NCBI GenBank assembly: GCA_012964235.1
Contig: DTUJ01000081.1
Location: forward strand, 1 to 49,764
DNA length: 49,764 nt
Direction of reading: 5' to 3'
Origin: Fidelibacterota bacterium
GTDB taxonomy: Bacteria > Fidelibacterota > Marinisomatia > Marinisomatales > UBA8229
Shown piece by piece: positions 8,986-17,556 of the stretch; position 1 is the stretch's first letter; each line of letters starts with the position of its first letter. The translations under genes and the position numbers were made by a program. Under the pieces are notes generated by a model, which worked only from the letters and a program-made list of their open reading frames with translations, was not told the origin of the DNA and made no database searches.

Positions 8986-10613
8986 GTCAACCTGTCCGGT
9001 GGGCTCCCTCTATACTTCTGATCATTGGATTACTCCAGGGAGACAGTTCTCCAAACATACTCCCCTTTGACTGGAGTGGACAAAATGGATTGTTATCTGT
9101 CAATGGTCAATTATTCTGGAATCATGATTGGATGTCGGGCCCACTGTATTTTGATGGCACCTTTTCAAATTTTCCCCTTCGGTTTGGTCCATCTTATTTA
9201 CATTCATTCCAACCTGACAATGCCGGAGAAGTCCCAAAGATGGAATCTATTCCTGATTCTGCTCAAATTTCCAGTTCCTTCGATTACAGAAAAGGAGATT
9301 ATCTGTTTGACCAATTAGATGTCCAGGCAGGCTTCAGTGACGGAACACGTCTCCTCAAAATGAATGGATTCAAACGATCCTATGCAGGGTCATTTGGACA
9401 GTATGTTCAACCGGAGGGAATCCTAACACCAAATCAGCAGTCTTACCGTTTGGATTACCTTGCCAGTTTTGATACTGAAAAAGTTCAGGCATCCGTGGCT
9501 CATTTTGTTACGAATAGCGGTCTGCCGGATTCAATCATGAATGGACACCATGAAAATATCACTACTGTAGCCGGAATTTCCTATTCTAAAACTGACACAA
9601 CTAAAACTTTCCAGGTTTTCGGTTCTCAGTTTAACCAGGAACGGCGTGTGGAACTTTCATCTATTTTTACATATCTCAATCGCACTCATCTCCACTTCCG
9701 GTGGACCTGGAATGCGTATAAAACGGTTGGGTTTTTCGCCGATAAACAAAGCATCATGCAGGATGAATTGAGGGATTTAAAGTGGGTAACTATTTATGGC
9801 GGTTTAAATGGTGAAAGACTAACAACCAGCTTAGGTGGTTCATTCCTGAGCGAGGGGAAATCCTACGCCATATATTTGAAATCAAGTTTTTCATTACAAG
9901 GGAAATCGTGGGAGATTAATACCGGATTATCCTACAACACAAAACCAGCTCACATCGCGCTAATTGACACCTCTCAAATGTTTGAAACCTGGAGCAGAGT
10001 TCACCTTAACATTGAAAAGAGAATCTGCTTATTCCGGTTTCAGTCAGCAAATAATTTTGGCTCTGTGGCTCATTCAGGGTCCGGTTCAAATCCAAATTAT
10101 CTTTCCAGTGAACTATCCATGTCATGGGAGATATATTCAAAATGGACAGTTTCAGGAATGGTGGGAATGTATGAAACACTGTGGAATAATTCATCCTTGG
10201 TGGAAAATACCCCTCTCACTGATGGGTTCAGGAGAAAAATTCAGTTTTCCATTAAAGGATCCCAACCGTTTTTTCATGGAAATATGATGGTCCACACAAA
10301 ACTCAGGGTTAATGGGAACCTGAACAGAGAACAGAATTATGGATATGATTTTGTGAATGCCATTCCCATTCAAGAGGAAAATCAATCCTATCCCCTGCCC
10401 GATTATTGGGTAGCCCATTTTGAAATTTCAGCGGTTGTTTCCAAGATGACACTTATTTGGAAAGTCCAAAATGTGCTGAATGCATACGAACCTACAGCGA
10501 GAGAAATATATCCCGGGCTGAACAATGATTATGTCTGGATCCGTAATAACAGGGACTTTTATCCCATGGGCCAGCTCATCAGCTTCAGCGTCCTTTGGAA
10601 TTTTGAGAATTAA
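8982..10613 (+). CDS. hypothetical protein, putative outer-membrane beta-barrel
   Basis: 543 aa with an ATGA overlap onto the upstream gene. It has an N-terminal hydrophobic signal-like segment, long runs of alternating polar/hydrophobic residues rich in Y/F/W/G/N/S, and an aromatic-rich C-terminus (FSVLWNFEN). I recognise no named family. Confidence 0.4.
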   Translation: MSQPVRWAPSILLIIGLLQGDSSPNILPFDWSGQNGLLSVNGQLFWNHDWMSGPLYFDGTFSNFPLRFGPSYLHSFQPDNAGEVPKMESIPDSAQISSSFDYRKGDYLFDQLDVQAGFSDGTRLLKMNGFKRSYAGSFGQYVQPEGILTPNQQSYRLDYLASFDTEKVQASVAHFVTNSGLPDSIMNGHHENITTVAGISYSKTDTTKTFQVFGSQFNQERRVELSSIFTYLNRTHLHFRWTWNAYKTVGFFADKQSIMQDELRDLKWVTIYGGLNGERLTTSLGGSFLSEGKSYAIYLKSSFSLQGKSWEINTGLSYNTKPAHIALIDTSQMFETWSRVHLNIEKRICLFRFQSANNFGSVAHSGSGSNPNYLSSELSMSWEIYSKWTVSGMVGMYETLWNNSSLVENTPLTDGFRRKIQFSIKGSQPFFHGNMMVHTKLRVNGNLNREQNYGYDFVNAIPIQEENQSYPLPDYWVAHFEISAVVSKMTLIWKVQNVLNAYEPTAREIYPGLNNDYVWIRNNRDFYPMGQLISFSVLWNFEN

Positions 10614-10625
10614 GGGGATATCTTT

Positions 10626-12647
10626 TTATAGTTGTGTATATCCCAGTGACAGCTTAAAGGATCGCCCTGGCTCCGGATAACCAGAGATTGTCTGAATATT
10701 CTCTTCAAGAAGATTTTCAACAATAAGAGTTACATCAAACCGATTCCCATAGATAGGAGGTCTATACGACAAACTCGAAGAGCCCCCTATAAAACTATCC
10801 ATTAATGTACCCGTATTATCCCTTCTTTCTCCTGTATACTGAAATTGTAAGCTCCACCCAATTTCTTTCCCTTCGAAATGAAGACCTATATTGCCCATTC
10901 GATCTGGTGTGTATGGGAGAGGTTTCAAGTCTTCTTCATCCAGAGTCTTTAATAAAGTAAAATGACCCTGAAAGGAAAAGGGCAAGACCTTCAAAGGTGC
11001 TTTCCCAAATATGGTTACATTCTGACGCCTTGTTTTTGCTAAGTTGAAGGGTTGCCATACCCAGCCGGTTTCATCAGGAATCCACTGAATCAGATCCCGG
11101 CTTTTACGATCTATATACGTTACGCTCAGAAAATTTCCCTGATCAAATGTATGGTCCCATTTAACCTTCCTATAATCGGAATATTCTGGTTTCAACTCTG
11201 GGTTTCCATTCCAATACAAGTCATTAAAACTTGGGTGCTGATAATTTGTACCAATTTCGGTACTAAACTCACTGCCTTTTAAACTTATTACTGAGATTTT
11301 TAAGTCATACGTGGCTTCACTATAAAAATCCTTAGCATGATCAAGCCGAATAGCAGGAGTGATCGAAAGTTTTTGAATTGGTGACCAGGTAATTCGAAAT
11401 GCTTGAGAAATGGTGTTACGTTTATGAATACCTGCATCTGTGCTATTGATTGATTCTTTTTTCCATTCGCTTGAAGATTGAAAATATATAGATGGAATAG
11501 ACTGGGTAGATAATGTAAACTTTGCGCCATCAGTTAATAATTGATGTTTACTATAAATGAACCACTCTGGACTATCATAAATCTCATTACTTTCTCGGCG
11601 ACTAAGCTGGAGTTTCATGTATCCCTTTAATAAAGCATATCCTAAAGAAACGGATTGAAGGAAAAGTTTGTCATCTTTATTCGTTTTAGGGGTTAGAGCA
11701 TCTAATGAACCAGCAACTCCTCTATGTTGATCAGTCATTATAGTTACAGTCGAAATACTCATCTTTTTATTTATAATCCCTCTAATCTGAAATTTCCCCC
11801 AATCTTGTGAGAAATAATTATTTTCCCTGTTTACTGAATTATTCCCGATGTTCACAGGATAATTTCCTATGTCCTCAGTTTTACCAACACCTATATGGTA
11901 AGCCCAAGATCCAAATGATTTTTCTAAACCAAAATCAGCAGCACGGTATCCATAGCTTCCGCTTGAAAGAGAAACCGACGTCTGATCCGGCAAAGAACTC
12001 ATTGAAAGAATACCATCTATTGCTCCACTTCCCCAAAAAACTCCAGGCATAGGTAAAGTGGTTATTCGATCAATAAGTGCTGATGGAATTAAAGAAAGAT
12101 CCGTACCACCATTTTGTGGGCTGGTGAGATCGACTCCATCCAATAGAACTTTAGTATGATTCCCTGGCCCTCCATTGAGACTTAATGATCGGTTGCCTGC
12201 CAAACTTCCGTAAGAACGGATTTGTAACCCTGGGATTCTGTCCATATGAGAGTGGGTTGAATGTTTGTCACCATATTCCTGAATAAATGTATAACTAGTT
12301 ACGTTTGGGAAAGTGAGTTTTCCCTCAACTAATACTGGTTCAATAGATACAGGATGTTTATTTAATAATATTTGAACCACGGTGCGACCTCCCAATGAAA
12401 AGTTTTCCGGTTCGTAGCCTATTCTGGATATAAAAAGCTCATCACTGTTCCTTAAATCTCCCAATAAATGAAAAAACCCATTCTCATCAGAGATACTCCA
12501 TTTCCCACTGTGTGGATGTTCCACAACAGCAAAGGGAATAGGGAAACCACGATGGTCGGTGATTTGCCCGGTGACGCTGACTGGATTTGATGATAGAAAA
12601 GAAAAAATGAGAAAAATTCCTGATAGCTGAAGAGTATTTCTTAACAT
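10626..12647 (-). CDS. btuB: TonB-dependent receptor, likely cobalamin receptor (BtuB-like)
   Basis: It has a carboxypeptidase-regulatory-like N-terminal domain, then a plug and a beta-barrel with repeated Y/G/S strands. The start is set at ATG 12647 (MLRNTLQLSGIFLIF, signal peptide) because the upstream 22 codons overlap the riboswitch attenuator. A cobalamin riboswitch lies directly upstream. Confidence 0.85.
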   Translation of the reverse strand: MLRNTLQLSGIFLIFSFLSSNPVSVTGQITDHRGFPIPFAVVEHPHSGKWSISDENGFFHLLGDLRNSDELFISRIGYEPENFSLGGRTVVQILLNKHPVSIEPVLVEGKLTFPNVTSYTFIQEYGDKHSTHSHMDRIPGLQIRSYGSLAGNRSLSLNGGPGNHTKVLLDGVDLTSPQNGGTDLSLIPSALIDRITTLPMPGVFWGSGAIDGILSMSSLPDQTSVSLSSGSYGYRAADFGLEKSFGSWAYHIGVGKTEDIGNYPVNIGNNSVNRENNYFSQDWGKFQIRGIINKKMSISTVTIMTDQHRGVAGSLDALTPKTNKDDKLFLQSVSLGYALLKGYMKLQLSRRESNEIYDSPEWFIYSKHQLLTDGAKFTLSTQSIPSIYFQSSSEWKKESINSTDAGIHKRNTISQAFRITWSPIQKLSITPAIRLDHAKDFYSEATYDLKISVISLKGSEFSTEIGTNYQHPSFNDLYWNGNPELKPEYSDYRKVKWDHTFDQGNFLSVTYIDRKSRDLIQWIPDETGWVWQPFNLAKTRRQNVTIFGKAPLKVLPFSFQGHFTLLKTLDEEDLKPLPYTPDRMGNIGLHFEGKEIGWSLQFQYTGERRDNTGTLMDSFIGGSSSLSYRPPIYGNRFDVTLIVENLLEENIQTISGYPEPGRSFKLSLGYTQL

Positions 12648-12680
12648 AAAAAAACCCGATAGTTTTCTTGCTTCGGGGTC
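12648..12680 (-). terminator. riboswitch expression platform: intrinsic attenuator hairpin plus T7
   Basis: The minus strand reads ACCCCGAAGCAAGAAAACTATCGGGTTTTTTT-ATG. A CCCGA/TCGGG stem is followed by seven T residues that abut the start codon. An upstream TTCGGG (12732-12737) could pair alternatively with CCCGAA. Confidence 0.5.
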
Positions 12681-12754
12681 ATGAGATTGGATTGAATACC
12701 AGGAGATATTCAAACTATATCATGACTTTTATCCCGAAAGCCAGTTGATATTTA

Positions 12755-12915
12755 GACCGTTGGGCAGATTTCCTGACTTGCACATTACTGGATCCCCTCC
12801 GCCTTCTCATACCGATTTCAATCAGTACAATGGCTTTATGGATGGTTCCTCCATGCTCACAGTAGCGGGAACTGTGCCCGATTTTACGGGACTTCCCTGC
12901 CTTAATTGTCTTATT
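12755..12915 (-). promoter_or_regulatory. cobalamin (B12) riboswitch aptamer
   Basis: The minus strand reads GGCAGGGAAGTCCCGTAAAATCGGGCACAGTTCCCGCTACTGTGAGC ... GAGAAGGCGGAGG ... AAGTCAGGAAATCTGCCC. This matches the conserved cobalamin-riboswitch core (GGGAA..GTGAAAATC..CCCGCCACTGT) and the B12 box (AGYCMGGnnnCCTGCC). It sits in the 5' leader of a TonB-dependent receptor. Confidence 0.85.
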
Positions 12916-13053
12916 GATTTAAAATAGCATCAGAAGATTAAAGCCTTTCATGATAAAGAACAATAATTATTTGGATCAAATACCATCTTGTTAATGAAGA
13001 ACATGTCAGAATAAATTCTTTACTAAAATAATTTAATAACTGTTTCATTAACT

Positions 13054-13836
13054 ATGTCACTTTTCACTATCAATACATCCGTAGCCGATGTGTACCGTGA
13101 ACCGGATTTTAATTCCACAATGGTAACACAGGCACTGCTTGGAGAATCCTGTGAGGTTCTGAACCAACATGAAAATTGGGTACTAATCCGGCAGTGGGAT
13201 GGATATGAAGGATGGGTGAATCATTTTTTTGGTGTACATTCAGAGGAACCCTACATGTCCTCTCACGTTTGTTATTCTTTGTCCACTCCACTTTTGGATA
13301 AACCAGATGGTGAAATTTTGCGGAAGATTTGTTTTAACTGCAGTCTCAAGGCTGATAGTACTGAAAATGGATATCGTGTAATCCTTCCAGATGGTATGAA
13401 TGCGTGGACAAATACCGAACTTTACTCTGATCCTGATCCTGCCACCCGTGAAAATATCCTGCAATCTGCATTCCGGTTTCTCGGAACTCCGTACCAATGG
13501 GGCGGAAAAACTCCCGGTGGAATGGACTGCTCCGGTTTTGTTCAAACCGTCTTCAAATCGGCAGGAGTGAATCTTCCGAGGGATGCTCATCAACAGGAAG
13601 AATTCTTGAAAAATGCTCAGGTAGAATTGGAGGAAGCAGGATGGGGAGATCTCTTGTTTTTTAGTGAAAATGGAAGAGTGACCCACGTGGCAATTTGCAC
13701 CGGGGAAATGGGATTCATCAATGCTCGGGGTTGGGTGAGGAAAGAAAGTCTTGAAGAAAATGCTCATAATTTTAACAAAAAATTAAAGAGCCTATATAGT
13801 TTAGCTGTGAGCATGAAAGATTTATTGATAGCATGA
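13054..13836 (+). CDS. C40 family (NlpC/P60) peptidoglycan peptidase with SH3b-like N-terminal domains
   Basis: 260 aa with GTPYQWGGKTPGGMDCSGFV (catalytic Cys) and VTHVAI (His). Confidence 0.85.
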   Translation: MSLFTINTSVADVYREPDFNSTMVTQALLGESCEVLNQHENWVLIRQWDGYEGWVNHFFGVHSEEPYMSSHVCYSLSTPLLDKPDGEILRKICFNCSLKADSTENGYRVILPDGMNAWTNTELYSDPDPATRENILQSAFRFLGTPYQWGGKTPGGMDCSGFVQTVFKSAGVNLPRDAHQQEEFLKNAQVELEEAGWGDLLFFSENGRVTHVAICTGEMGFINARGWVRKESLEENAHNFNKKLKSLYSLAVSMKDLLIA

Positions 13837-14378
13837 ACGCAATAGCAATATCGCTCAATGGATCCATATTGAATCGAGCCGTACTCGTACTTAATTCGAA
13901 TTATGCCCCATTACATGTGTGCACAACAAGAAGGGCAATCTGCCTTTATTATCTTGACAAAGCAGAAATTCTCGAATCGTATGAAGAAGCAGCTCATTCC
14001 CCCAGTACAACTCTCTCACTGCCAAGTGTAGTAAAACTGAATAAAATTGTTCATTACAACAGTATGTCAGTAATTCTGAACCGGAGAAATATTGTTCAGA
14101 GAGATCATCATACCTGTCAGTATTGCGGAAAATCCTCCGGCCCGGTCACAGTGGATCATATTATTCCTAAAGAACGGGGTGGCTTGGATTCATGGGAGAA
14201 CCTGACCACAGCCTGCCCTTCCTGTAATTTAATAAAAGGAAATCGGACACCAGGTGAAGCAGGAATGCAGGTAAAAAGACAACCTGTGCGGCCAAATAGA
14301 ATCCATTATTTTCAACAATTTGTACGACATCAGCAAATTGGCTGGCGACCTTACTTATTTATGGAACCGTTACAATAA
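13833..14378 (+). CDS. HNH endonuclease family protein
   Basis: 181 aa with HHTCQYCG, VDHIIPKERGG and NLTTACPSCN, which form an HNH / zinc-finger core. It has an ATGA overlap with the upstream gene. Confidence 0.85.
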   Translation: MNAIAISLNGSILNRAVLVLNSNYAPLHVCTTRRAICLYYLDKAEILESYEEAAHSPSTTLSLPSVVKLNKIVHYNSMSVILNRRNIVQRDHHTCQYCGKSSGPVTVDHIIPKERGGLDSWENLTTACPSCNLIKGNRTPGEAGMQVKRQPVRPNRIHYFQQFVRHQQIGWRPYLFMEPLQ

Positions 14379-14391
14379 CTCAAAGAATCTC

Positions 14392-15357
14392 ATGAAACGC
14401 GTTTTAAGTGGAATTCAACCATCTGGACAATTACATCTGGGTAACTATTTCGGAATGATGTCCCGAATGATTCACTATCAAAAAGAAAACGATCTATTCG
14501 CTTTTATTGTCAACTACCATGCTTTGACATCCATTCAGAATCGGGAAATTCTTAGAGAAAATACTTTTAGTGCAGCATGCGATTTTCTGGCACTCGGTCT
14601 TGATCCGGAAAAATCTACTTTTTGGATACAGGGGGACGTCCCCCAAGTTACGGAATTGACCTGGCTTTTATCAAACGTGGTAAATGTTGGCTTGCTACAG
14701 CGATCAACATCGTATAAGGATAAAATTGCACAAGGAGTTGCTTCAAATATGGGCCTTTTTTCCTATCCAATACTTATGGCTGCTGATATACTTTTATTTG
14801 GTTCTGAAAAAGTACCTGTTGGAAAAGATCAAAAGCAACATCTTGAAATGGCACAGGACATGGCAACCCGTTTCAACAATACTTTCGGTGATGTTTTCGT
14901 TGTTCCTGAACCAGACATTGACAAGGAAAAACAGCTGGTGCCTGGCATTGACGGTCAGAAAATGAGCAAATCTCATGGAAATACAATTCCCGTTTTCTGT
15001 AATGAAAAAACATTGAAAAAGAAAGTCATGTCCATTGTAACTGATTCAACTCCAATCGATGAACCCAAGAGTACGGATTCTCCAATTTTTCAAATCTACA
15101 GTCTCTTTCTTGATAAAAAAGAGAAAAAAGAATTGATCAATCGATTTAAAACTCCCGGGTTGAAATACGGTGATGTGAAAAAAGAGATTTTTGACCGAAT
15201 CTGGACTCATTTTGAACCATTTCGTAATAAGCGAAATTATTTGACAAATCACAGTGACTATGTAAAAAATATTCTAAAGGAAGGTGCTCAAAAAGCTTCC
15301 GCTGTTGGAGATGATTATCTATCAAGAGCTCGGGAAGCAATGGGATTAAACTATTGA
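14392..15357 (+). CDS. trpS: tryptophan--tRNA ligase
   Basis: A class I aaRS with a HIGH-type motif (QLHLGNYFG) and KMSKS. The start is set at ATG 14392 (MKRVLSGIQPSG); the upstream extension overlaps the HNH gene. Confidence 0.93.
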   Translation: MKRVLSGIQPSGQLHLGNYFGMMSRMIHYQKENDLFAFIVNYHALTSIQNREILRENTFSAACDFLALGLDPEKSTFWIQGDVPQVTELTWLLSNVVNVGLLQRSTSYKDKIAQGVASNMGLFSYPILMAADILLFGSEKVPVGKDQKQHLEMAQDMATRFNNTFGDVFVVPEPDIDKEKQLVPGIDGQKMSKSHGNTIPVFCNEKTLKKKVMSIVTDSTPIDEPKSTDSPIFQIYSLFLDKKEKKELINRFKTPGLKYGDVKKEIFDRIWTHFEPFRNKRNYLTNHSDYVKNILKEGAQKASAVGDDYLSRAREAMGLNY

Positions 15358-16085
15358 GAAAAATGTATAAGGTATCTCTTGAAAGTTTTGAAGGACCCCT
15401 TGATTTATTACTCTATTTTATCCGTAGGGATAAGATTAATATTTATGATATCCCCATTGCTAAAATTACCAAAGACTATGTGAAAGCCTTGGATATGATG
15501 AAGGAATTCAATGTAACAGTTGTAGGAGAATTTATCGTCATGGCTGCAACCCTAATGCGAATTAAAGCAAAAATGCTTTTACCCTCTCACGGGAATGATG
15601 AAGACAGTAATGTTGAAGATCCCAGAACCGTTTTGGTACAGCAATTATTGGAGTACAAGCAGTTCAAAGAAGCTGCTGAACATCTGACTGAATTGGCCAA
15701 AAATCAAAATCGGTATTTCCCACGTAAGAATGCTATGGACTTCCCTGAAGCTCATGCAGATTTAGAATTTTATTTAAAAGACGTTTCATTGTTTGAAATG
15801 GCCCGGTGTTTTAAGATCGCCATGGACAATATGCCTGTGATTTCCACATATGAACTCCGGCGAGAACAAATAAATCTGGAGGAGAAAAAGGCAAAAATCC
15901 TGGGGTGCTTTGATGGTGATGGGGTACTCCGGTTCTCAGCTTTAATGAGTCGTTTTAACCACAAACTTGAAATCATTGTATCTTTCCTTGCTATCCTGGA
16001 ACTAATCCAGCAAGGTACGATTACTGTTGCACAAAATGAAATTTTCGGTGAAATTGAATTCCACTACTTGGAAAACTTAGCTTAA
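15354..16085 (+). CDS. scpA: segregation and condensation protein A
   Basis: 243 aa with the ScpA N-terminal pattern (FEGPLDLLLYFIRRDKINIYDIPIAKIT). The start is either TTG 15354 or ATG 15363. Confidence 0.85.
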   Translation: MRKMYKVSLESFEGPLDLLLYFIRRDKINIYDIPIAKITKDYVKALDMMKEFNVTVVGEFIVMAATLMRIKAKMLLPSHGNDEDSNVEDPRTVLVQQLLEYKQFKEAAEHLTELAKNQNRYFPRKNAMDFPEAHADLEFYLKDVSLFEMARCFKIAMDNMPVISTYELRREQINLEEKKAKILGCFDGDGVLRFSALMSRFNHKLEIIVSFLAILELIQQGTITVAQNEIFGEIEFHYLENLA

Positions 16086-16089
16086 AATA

Positions 16090-16626
16090 ATGCAGGGAAA
16101 GGAAAAACAATTAATTATTGAATCCTTACTTTTTGCAACACCGAAGCCTTTGACCCAAAAACAGGTTAATCTTGTTTTCGAGTCAGATTCCCCTAAAATA
16201 TCGGATACTGTAGAACAACTCAATAAAAAGTATAAAATAGAAGAACATTCATTTTACATCAGGAAGATCGCTGATGGGTATCAAATTGCAACCAAACCAG
16301 AATACGAAATTTGGATACGACGGTTATTAAAAAAAAGCGGTCAACTGATGCTTTCAAGAGCATCCATGGAGACAATGGCTATTGTAGCATATAAACAACC
16401 CATCGGAAGATACGAAGTGGAATCCATCCGGGGGGTTGATTGCACAGGAGTATTGAAGACCCTCCTCACGCACAACTTGATCCGAATTCGAGGAAGAGAT
16501 AAAGGTCCCGGGAGACCACTTCTCTATGGTACAACCAAAAAATTTCTCGAAAAATTTGGCTTGAATACAATTTCAGAGATACCCAAATTAAGGGAAATCG
16601 CTGAATTATCAAGTGCAACCGAATAA
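16090..16626 (+). CDS. scpB: segregation and condensation protein B
   Basis: 178 aa with tandem winged-helix ScpB features (IESLLFA, GRPLLYGTTKKFLEKFGL). It lies directly downstream of scpA. Confidence 0.85.
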   Translation: MQGKEKQLIIESLLFATPKPLTQKQVNLVFESDSPKISDTVEQLNKKYKIEEHSFYIRKIADGYQIATKPEYEIWIRRLLKKSGQLMLSRASMETMAIVAYKQPIGRYEVESIRGVDCTGVLKTLLTHNLIRIRGRDKGPGRPLLYGTTKKFLEKFGLNTISEIPKLREIAELSSATE

Positions 16627-16753
16627 ACTAAAAAAAATAAATCGTGGAAAAAAACAGAAATGTTATTCTGTCTGAAAAATTCAACTTCTTTTCAATTGTA
16701 ATCATTCGAGATACGTCTGTCCCTTTATCAAACATATTTCATTTTTATTCTTT

Positions 16754-17479
16754 ATGCGGCTGAATAAATATCTTGCCAAATCAGGTGTCGCTTCTCGACG
16801 AGAATCAGACAAACTCATTCAAGCTGCAACAACTTTTGTAAATGGAAAACTGATTACAGATCCGGCCTTTAATGTGAAAAAAGATGATGTAGTGAAATAT
16901 GATGGTCAAAAACTATCTTTAGTAACTGAGACAATTATCATAATGCTGAATAAACCGAAAAATATCATTACAACCGCAAAAGACACCCATAACAGAAAAA
17001 CTGTTTTAGACCTTATCCCCCTGCAAAATCGGTTGTTTCCTATCGGACGATTGGATAAAGACACTACAGGACTTGTTTTTCTCACCAACAATGGTGAATT
17101 AGCAAATTACCTGATGCATCCAAAAAATAGAATTCCTCGGATTTATCAAGCAGAAATCGAGGGTAAACTGAACCAAAAAGCAATCATGAAAATGAAAAAG
17201 GGAATCTATATCGGTGACGGCGAATTTGGCCGGTCGGAATTTGTTCGTCAAAAATCCGTAAAAAAAAGATCAATAGTGACCCTAAAATTATACGAGGGGA
17301 AAAAACGTGAGATTCGAAGAATATTCAGGTTTTTAAAAATAAAATTGTTTTCCCTTCAAAGAGTACAATATGGTGAAATTATTCTTGGAAATCTTCCCAC
17401 AGGACACTGGCGATTTCTCTCAAAAAAGGAAACTGAAATCCTAAAACATAATTACACGGATAGAGTTAAAATTGATTGA
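16754..17479 (+). CDS. pseudouridine synthase, RsuA/RluB family
   Basis: 241 aa with an S4 RNA-binding N-terminus (MRLNKYLAKSGVASRRE) and the catalytic motif GRLDKDTTGL. Confidence 0.9.
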   Translation: MRLNKYLAKSGVASRRESDKLIQAATTFVNGKLITDPAFNVKKDDVVKYDGQKLSLVTETIIIMLNKPKNIITTAKDTHNRKTVLDLIPLQNRLFPIGRLDKDTTGLVFLTNNGELANYLMHPKNRIPRIYQAEIEGKLNQKAIMKMKKGIYIGDGEFGRSEFVRQKSVKKRSIVTLKLYEGKKREIRRIFRFLKIKLFSLQRVQYGEIILGNLPTGHWRFLSKKETEILKHNYTDRVKID

Positions 17480-17556
17480 TTTTTTTCTATATGATAATGT
17501 GTAGGTTATCACATTGACAAAAGTTAATTTTATCGGCTTATTGAGAGTTGAAAATC

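Noticed and set aside
9025-10287. Alternative-frame plus-strand ORFs (97 aa and 107 aa) and small minus-strand ORFs inside the 543-aa gene
   Set aside because: They are nested in a longer, compositionally coherent ORF that is translationally coupled to the upstream gene.
12745-12927. 60-aa plus-strand ORF in the gap between the TonB-dependent receptor and the NlpC/P60 gene
   Set aside because: It lies exactly antisense to the cobalamin riboswitch, whose conserved RNA motifs explain the sequence. It has no RBS and no recognisable protein features.
13240-13767. 175-aa minus-strand ORF
   Set aside because: It is fully antisense to the well-supported NlpC/P60 gene. The composition is low-complexity and Ser/Phe/Ile-rich, typical of a shadow ORF.
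13833-14378. HNH endonuclease as a sign of a mobile element, homing endonuclease or defence system
   Set aside because: It is a small stand-alone HNH protein translationally coupled to a cell-wall peptidase and followed by trpS. It has no intein, intron, IS ends, restriction-modification or other defence partners. It matches the widespread housekeeping-context HNH family.
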